A DNA stretch of 64,000 nucleotides, from the NCBI GenBank assembly GCA_026936335.1, contig JAPMXV010000006.1:310001-374000 (forward strand), in the 5' to 3' direction. Position numbers and translations under genes: made by a program. The notes below the pieces were generated by a model. That model saw nothing but the letters and a program-made list of their open reading frames with translations. It was not told the origin of the DNA and made no database searches. Numbering within the stretch: the first letter of the stretch is position 1; each line of letters begins with the position of its first letter. This stretch comes from Mantamonas sphyraenae STR306 (Eukaryota; Protista; CRuMs). Positions 1 through 10,405 of this stretch are shown piece by piece.

Positions 1-133
1 GAATGATTGGGACAAGTTTGACTTCTGAAGGCGACAGTCGAAATCAATTCCATTTTGCTCGTTCGTTCCTGACTCAGGACGGCTGGGCGAGCGCCAGCCA
101 CCGGCCGTCTCGCACTCGCTACGCGTTTGCTGG

Positions 134-1918
134 TCAGGGAAAGTAGTTCTTGTACAGACCCTTGCCCTGGTGGAAGGCACTCCAGATGTGCATGGCCTGG
201 TTCATGATGTCCTTAAACTCGCCCTCATGGACCTCTGTGGCCAGCGAGGGACCACCATGCTTGTCCATGTGTGTGTTCTGCCATCCCAGGTAGATCTTGC
301 CCGTCCACTTGGCCAGGTTGCGCATGGAACTCTGGTGCCAGGTGGCCGGAAACAGTTCGACCACCACTGCCTCGTCGGGCAAGAACACCAGGTGTGTGCC
401 ACCGGCGCCGTGCATAAACACGTAAATGTCCGTGTTGCGAATGGTGGACAGCTGTTCACGGTACGAGAGGGCAGCAAAGTCGACCTTCTTGGCCTGGACC
501 TCGGAACAGCTGTCGAGGATGGCCATGAGGCGATCTTCGTTGAGGATGGTGCGTCCCAACTGGCCTGCCTTTTCCTTAAAGGGTTTCCGTGAGCTGAGGG
601 TGACGCGAGCCACCTTGTCCGAGGCCGGGGTGTACTCGAGGAGGTCAAAGTGGCGCAACACAGTGAGGGTGTACGCACGCATCAGATCGCTCATGCGACA
701 TTCGTTGGGCGCCCAAATGTCCTTCCACATAAAGGCACTGCCTGCCGGGATGGCCCAGATGGTGTTTGTGAAGCACACGAGGCCATCCAGGCTGCGATAC
801 TTGTCCAGAAAGGCACGGCCCGAGAGCACGCCCTTACCACCAAAGGCATTCCACAGCTCAAAGTACGGCCCATCCTTGTCCCCATCAAAGATGACCACCT
901 GCACATCCTTGGGGTCCAGACGCAGGATCTGGAGGGCCTGGAAGGCGTTGAGGAAATCGCTCATGGAGTGGAACACGTTGAGGAAGCCATCACGAGACAC
1001 AAACAGGGTGGGCGTGGTCACTGCCTCCTTGCACTGCATGGCATTGTTGGATTGGAAGGAACCCATGATGGCCCCCAAGTCGAGTTGGAAGTTGCCGTGG
1101 TTCCATTCCCCGGTCTTGCTGCAACGTCCCTGCAACGCACCTCCACCCAGACCCATCTTGTTGCCCAGTGTCATCTTGCGCACATCGAATCCAATGTTGC
1201 GTCCCACACAGAAATTGTCCGGTGCCGTGTGCTTGTGCTGCTGCAGGCGCCGGCAAAAAACTGCGCTCTCCAGCTTGCTCGCCTCGTCAGCGGTGATTGG
1301 CGCCTCGTCCGCACGAATCTCCACCGCCTGGCTGCCACAGTACACCGATCCCTGTTGACGCCACTTGTCCAGCAGCGGATATCCAAAGTCGTCCTCACAC
1401 CCCTTTTGGTGTGCGTTGAGTCCCTTTTGGGCCCACCACGCACCCGGATGTGCGTTTTCGCCCACATGGGCTGCCACCGACCCGGACAACTGGCTCACTT
1501 TGCTCTCCAGTTGCGCCACTTGTTGCTTCCACGCCTCCACCTGCTCCTCATGCGCTCGCTTGGCTTCAGCGTCCTGTGTGCCCGTCGACGGTGTGATGTC
1601 TGGAGACCCGGAAGAGGAGGAGGAGGAGGAGGAGGAGGAAGACGCCAGTTTGGCCACCAGCCGTCGATTCTCGTCCATGAGTTGCCGCAGTTGCTTCTCC
1701 ATCCGTTGCATGTCGGCATCCGTCTTGCTGTGGTGTGACGCCTGTGAGGAAGAGGAGGAGGAGGAGGCTGAGCCAGGGTGCGTCTGCTGGCCTGCTGGTG
1801 TGGGTGTGGTTGTTGTGTCGTGCTCTCGGGGGGCCGAGGTCCCGTGCCAGAAGATCACTTCGTACAAAAAGACCATGAGGACCATGGCGAACAGCAAGCG
1901 CGTTTGTAGCTTGGACAT
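134..1918 (-). CDS. Glycosyltransferase family 61 (EOGT/xylosyltransferase-like), type II membrane protein
   Basis: N-terminal TM (LLFAMVLMVFLYEVIFW), low-complexity/coiled-coil stem, GT61 motifs NVFHSMSDF, R-ILNE, EQLSTIRNTDIYVFMHGAGGTHLVFLP, VVELFP. Start set at MSKLQ. Confidence 0.85.
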   Translation of the reverse strand: MSKLQTRLLFAMVLMVFLYEVIFWHGTSAPREHDTTTTPTPAGQQTHPGSASSSSSSSQASHHSKTDADMQRMEKQLRQLMDENRRLVAKLASSSSSSSSSSSGSPDITPSTGTQDAEAKRAHEEQVEAWKQQVAQLESKVSQLSGSVAAHVGENAHPGAWWAQKGLNAHQKGCEDDFGYPLLDKWRQQGSVYCGSQAVEIRADEAPITADEASKLESAVFCRRLQQHKHTAPDNFCVGRNIGFDVRKMTLGNKMGLGGGALQGRCSKTGEWNHGNFQLDLGAIMGSFQSNNAMQCKEAVTTPTLFVSRDGFLNVFHSMSDFLNAFQALQILRLDPKDVQVVIFDGDKDGPYFELWNAFGGKGVLSGRAFLDKYRSLDGLVCFTNTIWAIPAGSAFMWKDIWAPNECRMSDLMRAYTLTVLRHFDLLEYTPASDKVARVTLSSRKPFKEKAGQLGRTILNEDRLMAILDSCSEVQAKKVDFAALSYREQLSTIRNTDIYVFMHGAGGTHLVFLPDEAVVVELFPATWHQSSMRNLAKWTGKIYLGWQNTHMDKHGGPSLATEVHEGEFKDIMNQAMHIWSAFHQGKGLYKNYFP

Positions 1919-2017
1919 GTTTGCCAGAAGGGAACACGGGAGAGGGAAGGTGTGTGTATGGGGGAGAGGGGGGGTGTCGAGAGAAGGTGGTGTTGCAGTG
2001 GGTGCGCCAAGGCAACG

Positions 2018-2798
2018 ATGAGCAGCAGACGTGGGGCAGGTGCTTCGTCTCGTGCAAGTGGCACACGGGGACGCAGTAGCCACTCATCATCAAGTGGAAC
2101 CAAGTCATCGTCATCGTCCTCGTCAAAGAGTGGCAGTGCCAGCAACATTGGACGACACAAGGCGGAAGACTTTGCAACGGTGCAAAAGATGCTGCGTGGC
2201 TGTACGTGACACAGACACAGACACAGACACCTGGGATGCACATTGGACCACTGACACCAGCACACGTGACACACACACACACACACACACACACTCCCTT
2301 CCCCACTTGGTAGTCGATCGTGAGGCGCTGGACGCACTGAAGGCACACTTTGCAGACATCACGCAAGGGGAGGACAGCGATGAGTTGACGCTGAAGCAGT
2401 TCAAGGCGGGACTGCGTGTGATTGGAGTGGATGGGGAGAAGGATGAGACGGCGGAGAAGCTGTTCAAGTTGTTTGACGTGGATGGCAACGAACGCGTGTC
2501 GTACCACGAGTTTGTGCTGGGCTTGGCAGTGGCCATGCGTAGCGATGCCAGCCTGGACGAACAGTTGGAGTTTTGCTTTGAATGCTACGACGTCAACACC
2601 GACGGTCGCATCTCTTACCAGGAGGCTGGCATGCTGTTGTACAACACCCTGAGTGCAGACACGGAAAAGGAACTGCGCAGACTCACCGCGGCCAAACTCA
2701 AGGAGTTTATGCCCGACAAAGACGCCTCTCTGTCCCTGCTCCAGTTCAAACGGGCAGTGAAGAAGGTGCCAGAGCTGGTGGAGGCCTTTGGCGGGTGA
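2018..2798 (+). CDS. EF-hand Ca2+-binding protein (calcineurin B/NCS-like), 2 exons
   Basis: EF loops DVDGNERVSYHE and DVNTDGRISYQE. Intron 2202-2313 (GTACGT...TAG) joins MLRG to FDREALDALKAHF in frame. Confidence 0.85.
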
Positions 2799-2867
2799 GA
2801 GGGCATCGGTGGGCAGCCACGGGGGGGGAAGGGTGGGGACGGAGGAGCAGTGCGCGGGTGGGGGCAC

Positions 2868-3368
2868 ATGAGCAGCACTACGGACGAAAATAAAAAGGAG
2901 GACGTGTCACAGGTGACCAATGGCAAGCAGGAGGAGGAGGAGGAGGAGGAGCTGGATGAGTGGGAGGAGCGGGAAGGGACAAAAGAGTGCAGTTGGTGCT
3001 TTCGGTGGAAGTTGCAGGAGACGTTGTTGCCGTGTGCCACATGCAACGAGGGCTACGTGTGTTCCCCGTGTGAAAAGGAGGACAGTCATGAGTACATGGA
3101 GCTGGGCTATGTGTCGCATGCATGTGGGAAGTGTGGGGCCCTGGTGTGTCGCGAGTGCTTGCGTTTCTGCCACGACTGCCAGAACGAGGGCATGGAACCC
3201 GACTTCTTCTGCCTGAATTGCTGCCCCGATGATCTCGAACGGGTGCCATGTGGCTACCACGAATGGTGGGTGTGTGGCAAGGAGCACGACTTGAACCCCG
3301 ATCCCACCGACAAACGCTGCTCCGTGTGTCACATGAATCGCAACTACGCCATGCGACAGACCAGATAA
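2868..3368 (+). CDS. Small Cys/His-rich zinc-binding protein
   Basis: Seven to eight CxxC pairs after an acidic N-terminus; no named family recognised. Confidence 0.65.
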   Translation: MSSTTDENKKEDVSQVTNGKQEEEEEEELDEWEEREGTKECSWCFRWKLQETLLPCATCNEGYVCSPCEKEDSHEYMELGYVSHACGKCGALVCRECLRFCHDCQNEGMEPDFFCLNCCPDDLERVPCGYHEWWVCGKEHDLNPDPTDKRCSVCHMNRNYAMRQTR

Positions 3369-3476
3369 CCTGTATGTATAGACCACACCCCCCTCTTTGC
3401 AGATGACTGGGGCCCTCTCTGCACAGAACGAGACCACACGCGAAAGGACCAAAACAGAGCAAAAAGTAAAGGAGAA

Positions 3477-3588
3477 AGACGCTCCGCAGAGCGCCCCAGA
3501 AATTGAAATTGAACAGGCATAGATGCCGCAACCCTAGTCCGGTCAAGGAAAAGGCATGACCGGAATTTCAGAGTTGCAACGCCTGTTG
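3477..3588 (-). ncRNA. RNU5: U5 spliceosomal snRNA
   Basis: Nested stems AACAGGCG/TGCCTGTT, GCAACTCT/AGGGTTGC and TCCGGTCA/TGACCGGA close an 11-nt loop TGCCTTTTCCT. Sm site AATTTCTGG (3504-3496) is followed by the 3' hairpin GGCGCTC-TGCG-GAGCGTC. Confidence 0.9.
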
Positions 3589-3861
3589 AACCTCCTTGTG
3601 GAACCGGAAGGGTTTGTCCGACGCACGCACACACTGCCACCGGACAACTTGCGACCAGCCGTTTTCCCATCTTTGGCTCAAGCGTCCATTGTCAAAACCT
3701 CGCCCATCTCTTCAGCCACGGCACACATGCACATACAGACACACATTGAAAGAGCCTCTGTGGACTGTATTTCCCTCGCCTCCACCCGTCCCCATTCCTC
3801 CCCCTGTGTTCGTTCTGCTCGCCGCGGTGGGAAGCAACGCAAAAATCCCTTGGCAGCCGAA

Positions 3862-5751
3862 ATGTCTGGCAGTACCAATGACACAGGCAGCCTGTTTGTG
3901 GCATCGGACGCAGCATGGGTTGCATTCTCCCTGCTGATGGTGCTGTTTGTGGCTCTGTCCACAAAGTATCTGTACGGCCGTTTCCTGCTCTTTGACGGCC
4001 TGCGTCTGCGCCGCACCTCTCGTGGCCAGCCGTTATCGCTTCAATCGGCCTCCGACGTGGGCGAGTACGCCATGCTGTTGCTCAACACCCTCCAGGTGTT
4101 GGCCTTTGCCATCAGCGCTGCCCTCCCATGGGGCATCCAACAGGAATCCCTGGCCATCATCCAGCTGCTGGGCTTCAACCTGTCCCGCGAGCAACGTCAG
4201 ATCACCGTCCAGCTGCCTTTTGACCAGCAGGTCATTGCCTGGCTGCAACGCACGGGACAGGACGTTGCCTTTCTTGCCCACTCCTACAGGGATCCCATCA
4301 TCCTCTTTATGGGGTGTGTCGGTGTTCCTGCCGCCCTCCTCCTCCTAACCTACCTCGTCCTCGCCGTCCTTGCCCTCATCCACGGCTCCAACCGTTGCCA
4401 CCTTGTCCATCCCTCCTCCCAGGAGACTCTCTACTATCGGCAACTGCCTGTCACCCAGAAACCCGTCTTTCTCCTCTATCTCCTCCTGTACAGCACGGGC
4501 AGTGACGACGACGACCGCACCAGTGATGATGATCATGATCATCATGACGCGGCAACGACTGCATCCCCACCCACCCTCTTGGATTCACCCGTACGTACCA
4601 TCAACCAGTCCCACTTTACCCTGGTGCGTCCCAACAAACCATCGTCCTCCTCCTCATCATCATCAACAGCGACGCAGTCGCAGGCCCCGGTGTCGCCGCT
4701 GCACATCTTTGGCGAGGAAACCATCCTGAGTGCCAAGAGTGTGCGTTCGCGTGCTGTGGCTCGCTTTGAGACATCGTATGCGTTCCAGCTGGTGCATGTG
4801 TTGATCGATCCCATGGTGGCCTTTACCTCCCTCCGCTACGTGGTGGAGATGCGTGTGCGTAGGCTACGACGTCGTCAGGAACGCATTGCCTCCTCTGTGG
4901 CTGTCTCTTCCTTCCAAGTCGTCACCTTTTACCTCGTATGGCTCGCTCGCTTTGCCATGCTCATTGCCACCATCCTCTCCCTCTCTGCCGTCCTCTTTCT
5001 CACCTCTCTGGCCTCCCTCACTGCCGTTGCCCTCCTCATGTACATTCTACTGGCCCCTACCATCAACCGTGCCTTTAGTCAGAACTTTCTGGCCATCCGC
5101 ACAGCCCTCGAGCGTCTCTTTCTCCTCCCTGTGGTCACCTTTGCCGGCTCCCTTCTCTCCTGCACCTACCCACTCGACACAACCTCCCGTATCACTCTCG
5201 ACCGCTTCCCAGAGATCCAGTGTTGGGTTGGCTTCCACTGGTTCATGGCCCTCTCTGCCGTCATTACCATCAACGTCATGATCTTTCAGTCCCTCGGCAA
5301 CGCACTCCTCAAGGCAGAGGTCCTCACACACGAGCGGTACAAGATGTTACCCAACTACGACACTGCAAACACGTACATCCAAGTGCTCATTGCCCTCCTC
5401 CCTGTGTTCTTCTCTCAGACGCGCTACCTCGTCACGGTCCACGCCGCCTACGTTGCCCTCGGCGCCCTCGACATCCTCCTGCTCATTTTCTATCAGCCTG
5501 CACGTGAGGACCACTACAACCACATCCGCATGGCCCTCTCTGTCGCACTCGAGTGGTCTTTTGGCGTCGCCCTGTACGTCGCCTTGGAGAACAACGCCGA
5601 CCCGGCTCTCTTCTGGATCTGGCTCATCGGCTTCCCGGCCGCCCTCCTTGCCGGCTACCTTTTCAATTGGCTTGTCTTCTACATCCGCTTCGAGTGCCTC
5701 GATGGACGTAGTGCTCGTGTGAGCGCGGACCCAGGTGTGGACGAACCCTAA
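3862..5751 (+). CDS. Multi-pass membrane protein of unknown function
   Basis: About 10 hydrophobic helices; extracellular C-x-C loop (LSCTY...IQCWVGFH). Start set at MSGSTND. Confidence 0.75.
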   Translation: MSGSTNDTGSLFVASDAAWVAFSLLMVLFVALSTKYLYGRFLLFDGLRLRRTSRGQPLSLQSASDVGEYAMLLLNTLQVLAFAISAALPWGIQQESLAIIQLLGFNLSREQRQITVQLPFDQQVIAWLQRTGQDVAFLAHSYRDPIILFMGCVGVPAALLLLTYLVLAVLALIHGSNRCHLVHPSSQETLYYRQLPVTQKPVFLLYLLLYSTGSDDDDRTSDDDHDHHDAATTASPPTLLDSPVRTINQSHFTLVRPNKPSSSSSSSSTATQSQAPVSPLHIFGEETILSAKSVRSRAVARFETSYAFQLVHVLIDPMVAFTSLRYVVEMRVRRLRRRQERIASSVAVSSFQVVTFYLVWLARFAMLIATILSLSAVLFLTSLASLTAVALLMYILLAPTINRAFSQNFLAIRTALERLFLLPVVTFAGSLLSCTYPLDTTSRITLDRFPEIQCWVGFHWFMALSAVITINVMIFQSLGNALLKAEVLTHERYKMLPNYDTANTYIQVLIALLPVFFSQTRYLVTVHAAYVALGALDILLLIFYQPAREDHYNHIRMALSVALEWSFGVALYVALENNADPALFWIWLIGFPAALLAGYLFNWLVFYIRFECLDGRSARVSADPGVDEP

Positions 5752-5851
5752 AATTTTGATTCACAGTGAAATGTATGATATGGTGGCAACGATTATATTT
5801 GGTCGTCAATCAAAATTTGTGCTCTTATTTGTGAGCGACATCGACAAGTCG

Positions 5852-7858
5852 TTAGTACGCGTAGCTGACGTCGAATCCAGCGTTGGTCGAAGAAGATGTC
5901 TTTTGCGTCGCGCTCAGGTCGTTCATCGCAAATTCCTGAGCGTATGGGTCGTACGCCTGAGTTTGGTTGTAGCTGGGCGTTGTCGTTGTTGGTTCGGGCT
6001 GCCATTCCATTGCCTCGTGTGCCTGCTCAGGTTGAGGCTCAGGCTCGTACGCTGGCGGCCCACTCTTTGGCTGTGGAGCAGAGTTTGGAGCATCATCGTC
6101 TTCTTCATCATGGCGACGTTCGGACTGCGCTCGTTGTCTGATTTGTCGTCTTCTCCAAATGATCAAGGCGCAACCGACGAACGTCATCGCAAGCACAACC
6201 CATATCCAGTTCATGTCTTCTCCGCTACCTGGTGCAGCCGTTGGTGTGGACGAGCCTCCCCCGGTGCCAGATGTTCCCAACACGTCCGCTGGATCAACTG
6301 TGGGTGTCGCAGTCGGCGTAGCAGTGGGTGTCGGTGTCGGTGTCGGTGTCGGGGTGGGTGTTGGTGTCGGTGTCGGTGTCGGTGTAGGAGTGGCACTGCA
6401 TGAGGTCTGCGCAGGTACGAGGTTGGACGGACACGAAAGGCACGAGGTGGACGAACTCGTGCCCGAGTATGTGCCGATGGGACACTGAGGACAGTCTTGT
6501 GTGGTGGGGTCGGATGGTGCTGGCGTGGCGTCAATTGGAGGTGAGAATGTTCCTGCTGGGCATGTTGACACAGACTTGATGCGACTGAGAAAGCTGCCCG
6601 CCGTGGAGCCACTGGAAATCATGGAGCCATGGGAGAAGCCAGTGACCAACACTTGGCCAGTGGCCGTCACAGCGACCCCTTGTCCCAGGTCGCGAACGGT
6701 GTTGCCCCACACTTTGCTCCATTCGAGAGCACCGGCAGCAGTCCACTTTCTCAGTTGTGGGCTCTCCTGACCACTGCTGATGGTGGCACCTGTGACATAG
6801 ACCTCGTTGGATGCAGATACGGCGGTTGAGATGCCTTGTGTTCCGCTCCATTGCCTGGTCCACTGCTTGGTCCCCGTTGTGTTCCATTTGGTGAGGAACG
6901 CGTTGTTGCCACAACAGAAATACTGCTGACCATCCAGGGACGAAGGGACGAATCCAGTGACGTACGCATCCTCCGAGGACGAGATGGCAACATCGTTTGC
7001 TTGATCCACCCCCGTGGTGCCCCATTGTCGGGTCCACTGCCTGTCCCCCGCTGCGTTCAACTTGGTCACAAACAGGTCGCGTGCGCTCCCTGTCCACGGT
7101 TGTCCGTCCAGGCTCGACCCAGTGGATCCAGTGACATACACATTGCCAGACAAGGCGACAGCGATGCCTCGCGCTCCGTCGAACTGGCTGGTGCCCCACA
7201 ATTTGGTCCACTGCTTGACCCCCGATGAGTTCCACATGGTGAGAAAGATGTCAAAATTGCCCATGTACAGTTGGCCATCCAATCCTTCGGTGGTTCCGGT
7301 GACATACACATTGCCCGAGGATGAGGTGGCGACTCCGTACCCGTAGTTGTCCAGGCTGGTGCCCCATTGCCTGGTCCATTGCTTCACACCAGATGAGTCC
7401 CACTTGGTGAGGAAGATGTCGTTCTGGCCACTGTACGTTTGACCGTCCAGGGCGCCGTTGGTGTAGCCGGTCACGTACACCTCGCCCGAGGAAGAGGTGG
7501 CGACATCAAGCGCACCATCGTCCTGCGACGTGCCCCACTGCCTCGTCCACTGTTTCACACCGGACGTGGCATTCCACTTTGTGACAAAGATGTCCTTGGC
7601 ACCACTGTGGGGTTGGGAATCCAAAGACCCCTGGGTCACCCCAGCCACGTACGCGCTGTCGTCCGAGGTGACGGCGACGGCGACGGCTTCGTCCGTAAAC
7701 GCGCTGCCCCACTGCACGGTGTAGTCGGCTGAGATTCCGGCAGCCAGCATCACCAGTACTGTCACGATCACAACACACTGGGTATTAATGGGGTGGGTGT
7801 CGGCGACTTGTGTCAGTGCACAGGGGGGTCCAAACACCTTTGCGTAGAGTTGGAACAT
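5852..7858 (-). CDS. Type I surface protein: SBBP beta-propeller + Cys-rich module + PT linker + TM
   Basis: Signal peptide; about 7 repeats (VKQWTRQWGT...D...VA.SSSG.VYVTG); CPAGTFS...CPIGTYS module; (TP)n linker; TM WIWVVLAMTFVGCALIIW-RRR. Likely 60-nt intron 7837-7778. Confidence 0.85.
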   Translation of the reverse strand: MFQLYAKVFGPPCALTQVADTHPINTQCVVIVTVLVMLAAGISADYTVQWGSAFTDEAVAVAVTSDDSAYVAGVTQGSLDSQPHSGAKDIFVTKWNATSGVKQWTRQWGTSQDDGALDVATSSSGEVYVTGYTNGALDGQTYSGQNDIFLTKWDSSGVKQWTRQWGTSLDNYGYGVATSSSGNVYVTGTTEGLDGQLYMGNFDIFLTMWNSSGVKQWTKLWGTSQFDGARGIAVALSGNVYVTGSTGSSLDGQPWTGSARDLFVTKLNAAGDRQWTRQWGTTGVDQANDVAISSSEDAYVTGFVPSSLDGQQYFCCGNNAFLTKWNTTGTKQWTRQWSGTQGISTAVSASNEVYVTGATISSGQESPQLRKWTAAGALEWSKVWGNTVRDLGQGVAVTATGQVLVTGFSHGSMISSGSTAGSFLSRIKSVSTCPAGTFSPPIDATPAPSDPTTQDCPQCPIGTYSGTSSSTSCLSCPSNLVPAQTSCSATPTPTPTPTPTPTPTPTPTPTPTATPTATPTVDPADVLGTSGTGGGSSTPTAAPGSGEDMNWIWVVLAMTFVGCALIIWRRRQIRQRAQSERRHDEEDDDAPNSAPQPKSGPPAYEPEPQPEQAHEAMEWQPEPTTTTPSYNQTQAYDPYAQEFAMNDLSATQKTSSSTNAGFDVSYAY
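6322..6385 (-). repeat. Coding hexamer repeat (ACACCG)n encoding Thr-Pro linker
   Basis: Tandem cggtgt units on the + strand. Confidence 0.85.
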
Positions 7859-8237
7859 TGCGCAGACCGCCTCCACTCAGCCCAGGCACACGGGGCCGCG
7901 AAGCTGTTGTGGGGGGTGGGTGCAAGGGGAAAGTGGAGAGCCTCATGGTGCTGCGGAAGCAGAGGGGGATTTAGGGGGAAAGCGAACACGAGGTTCACAA
8001 CATCTGTTCGTGCAATTTTGAGTGAATTTTGGTGCCACCACAAGGTCCACCAGGGATGGCCAGGCGCAGTGGAACAGTGAACCGACCTTGTTGTTGATTG
8101 CGGTTCTCATGACCTTCCTCGATTGAATGTGGCCTTGGATGTGACAATGTGGTGGCTTCGATGGCGATTTGGGACATGTCGCAACACTTTGTTTTCTCCA
8201 GGACGACTGTGCAGTACAGGGGTGGCTCGCAGATGCG

Positions 8238-10204
8238 CTACCTCTTGCTCGTGCTTGTGGTTGGTGTGCGCCGCAGTCGCTTGGACCTCCTCATGGGCGA
8301 GGGTGTTTCGGACACAACGTCTTCAAAGTCCTGTGCATCCCTATCGTCGTCCGTGTCAAAGCTGGAGTCCAACTTGCGCTTGGCTGACGATCCAGGGGTC
8401 AGCCGCGGCTCGGCCTTGCTTCTTGCATCCACCAGCAGATGCGGTGGTGTCTCTGGCAACACTTCTTCCTCTTCCTCCTCTTCCTCCTCTTCCAACACGT
8501 CGTCGTCGTCCACATCGCTGTCCGACGCCTCTATACAGAACGTTTGGGAAACCTGCGTCTTCTCCTGCGTCTCCTCCTGTGCCTTGGGTGCCTCAAACTG
8601 CCCAATCTGACTCACTGGATTGAAATAAAACGGCCTCTGTAGCTTGTCGGACCATACACTGCGCCAGGGCAATGGCAGAGACAGTGTAGGGATGGATGGC
8701 TGCCTCTGCTTCTGCTCCAGAGAGTCTCCTGGCTCATCCTCCAGCTTCATCCGCTCCTCCTCCGCTTCTCCTCCCTCCCGCTCCTCTCCCTCCTCCCTCT
8801 CTGGTATCCGTTTGGCCATCTCCATACGTTTGAGACGCTTCTCCTTCCGCTTGCGCCGCAGAATGTCTCGTGTCAACTGCCGGAACAGGGCTTCAGCTGT
8901 ACGGGGCAAAGAGTGTGAATGTGTGAGTTGGCGTGATCACATCCCTCCCCCCCATCCCCCCCCCCCCTCCCCCATCACTCGCACTGTCCACACGTACACT
9001 TATCCAACTCTTCCTGCTTGTTGTGGTTGCGCTTCTTCTTCCGCTGGCCCTTCTCCGCCTCTTCCCGCTCCTTTTCCATGCGCACAAACTCCATGCGGAT
9101 CTCCAAATCGCTCTTTGGTTGCACACTGTCCAGATGAGAGTTGTAGAAGAGCACCCAGTCTTTGTGACGCTGCACCAGTGTGTTTCGATCCCCGCTGGTA
9201 CTCAGACCGTGTTTCTTCAACAATGCCTTGAGCTTCTTGTCCTTCAATCCATGGTACACTTGTCTGCTCAGTCTGCGTCGTCCATGGCCCTTTTCCGGCG
9301 TCACTTGCGTCGGTGGCAATGCCAACGATGATTCCTCGCTGTTCCCGCTGCTGCTGCTGCTGCTCGAGCTGCTGCTCGAGCTGGACGCTTGTGACGACAC
9401 CATACCGGAGATCTGACGTGCCAGGCATGTGTTTAGGTGCTGGTTGATCAGAGTCTCACCCACTTTGGTGCTGCACACGGGACACTTCACCAGCCGGTTG
9501 CCGTCTTTGTCGTGTGTGGCCTCCTCCTCCTCCGCCTCTTCTTCTGCAGCCTCCCCGTTGTCCTTGTCCACATCTACACTGATCTCCTCCTCACTGCTGC
9601 CACTGCTGCCACCCTGCTTGCTATCTCCCCCCTCATCACTCCCACCCTTGCGTGTAGGGTCCTCACGCGTCTCGACAACCTCTTCCGCAGGTTTCCCGAG
9701 AACCAGCATGTCTCGCAACGCCGGCCTGTACTGCGTGTCAGTGTGTCCGGACCTGTCTGCCTGTCGTTCATGCATGCAGTGTGTCCCACTCCCCATCCTT
9801 GCCACCAGACGTGTGCGTGTGTGTGTGTGTCTGTGCGTGCCTGCTTACCTGGCGCGTTTCCAGTACGTCAGCGCCTGATCAAGGCGCCGGTTGGGCAAAA
9901 GGTCATGCTCCTGGGCGTTCTGTGGACGATGTGAGCACGTGGAAAACACCCACCCCAGAGAGACTGCAATGTTCAAAGGGAAGGAGGGGGCCACTCCTGG
10001 TGGTGTGCTGCTTACCCGTTTGCAGACAGGACACTTGCGCACAAAGGTGAGAGCTTTGTGGATGCACAGCGAGCAGAAGCAGTGGTGACACCCGCTGAGC
10101 ATCATGACATTGGTGTACAGTTCACCACAGATGGGACACCGGAACATATTGTCCATCTGGCCCAGGGCCTCGATGGGCCATTCGTCGTCGTCCAGCTGTT
10201 GCAT
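8238..10204 (-). CDS. RAD18: RAD18 E3 ubiquitin ligase (RING, UBZ4, SAP) with C-terminal WW domain, 4 exons
   Basis: C3HC4 RING (CPIC..CHHCFCSLCI..CPVC), UBZ (CPVC..INQHLNTC), SAP (YHGLKDKKLKALLKKHGLSTSGDR..LVQRH..YN), in exons linked by GT-AG introns. Confidence 0.9.
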
Positions 10205-10305
10205 ACAGAGAATGGGGTGTTGGTGTTGGCGACGCAAGGATCCAGACTCACTGAGGACAGGATGTTCGCATGCTGGTGGCATCCGCGTGTTTTTGTGTGC
10301 CCCCC

Positions 10306-10307
<2 letters not shown>

Positions 10308-10347
<40 letters not shown>
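10308..10347. repeat. (GT)n microsatellite in the RAD18/PARP divergent spacer
   Basis: About 20 GT units. Similar tracts at ~2269, 16498, 16668, 19165, 20718 and 32733. Confidence 0.95.
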
Positions 10348-10349
<2 letters not shown>

Positions 10350-10405
10350 CGTGTGGTGTGTGTGCCTCTGTGTGGTGTGGAAGGATTGCGCCAGCGAACC
10401 CAAAA

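Noticed and set aside
1-133. Possible 3' half of a C/D snoRNA (ATGATT...CTGA) and a hairpin
   Set aside because: Truncated by the window edge; guide match to rRNA unconvincing.
8133-8146. U14 snoRNA
   Set aside because: Domain-B-like 10-mer only; no C or D box and no domain A.
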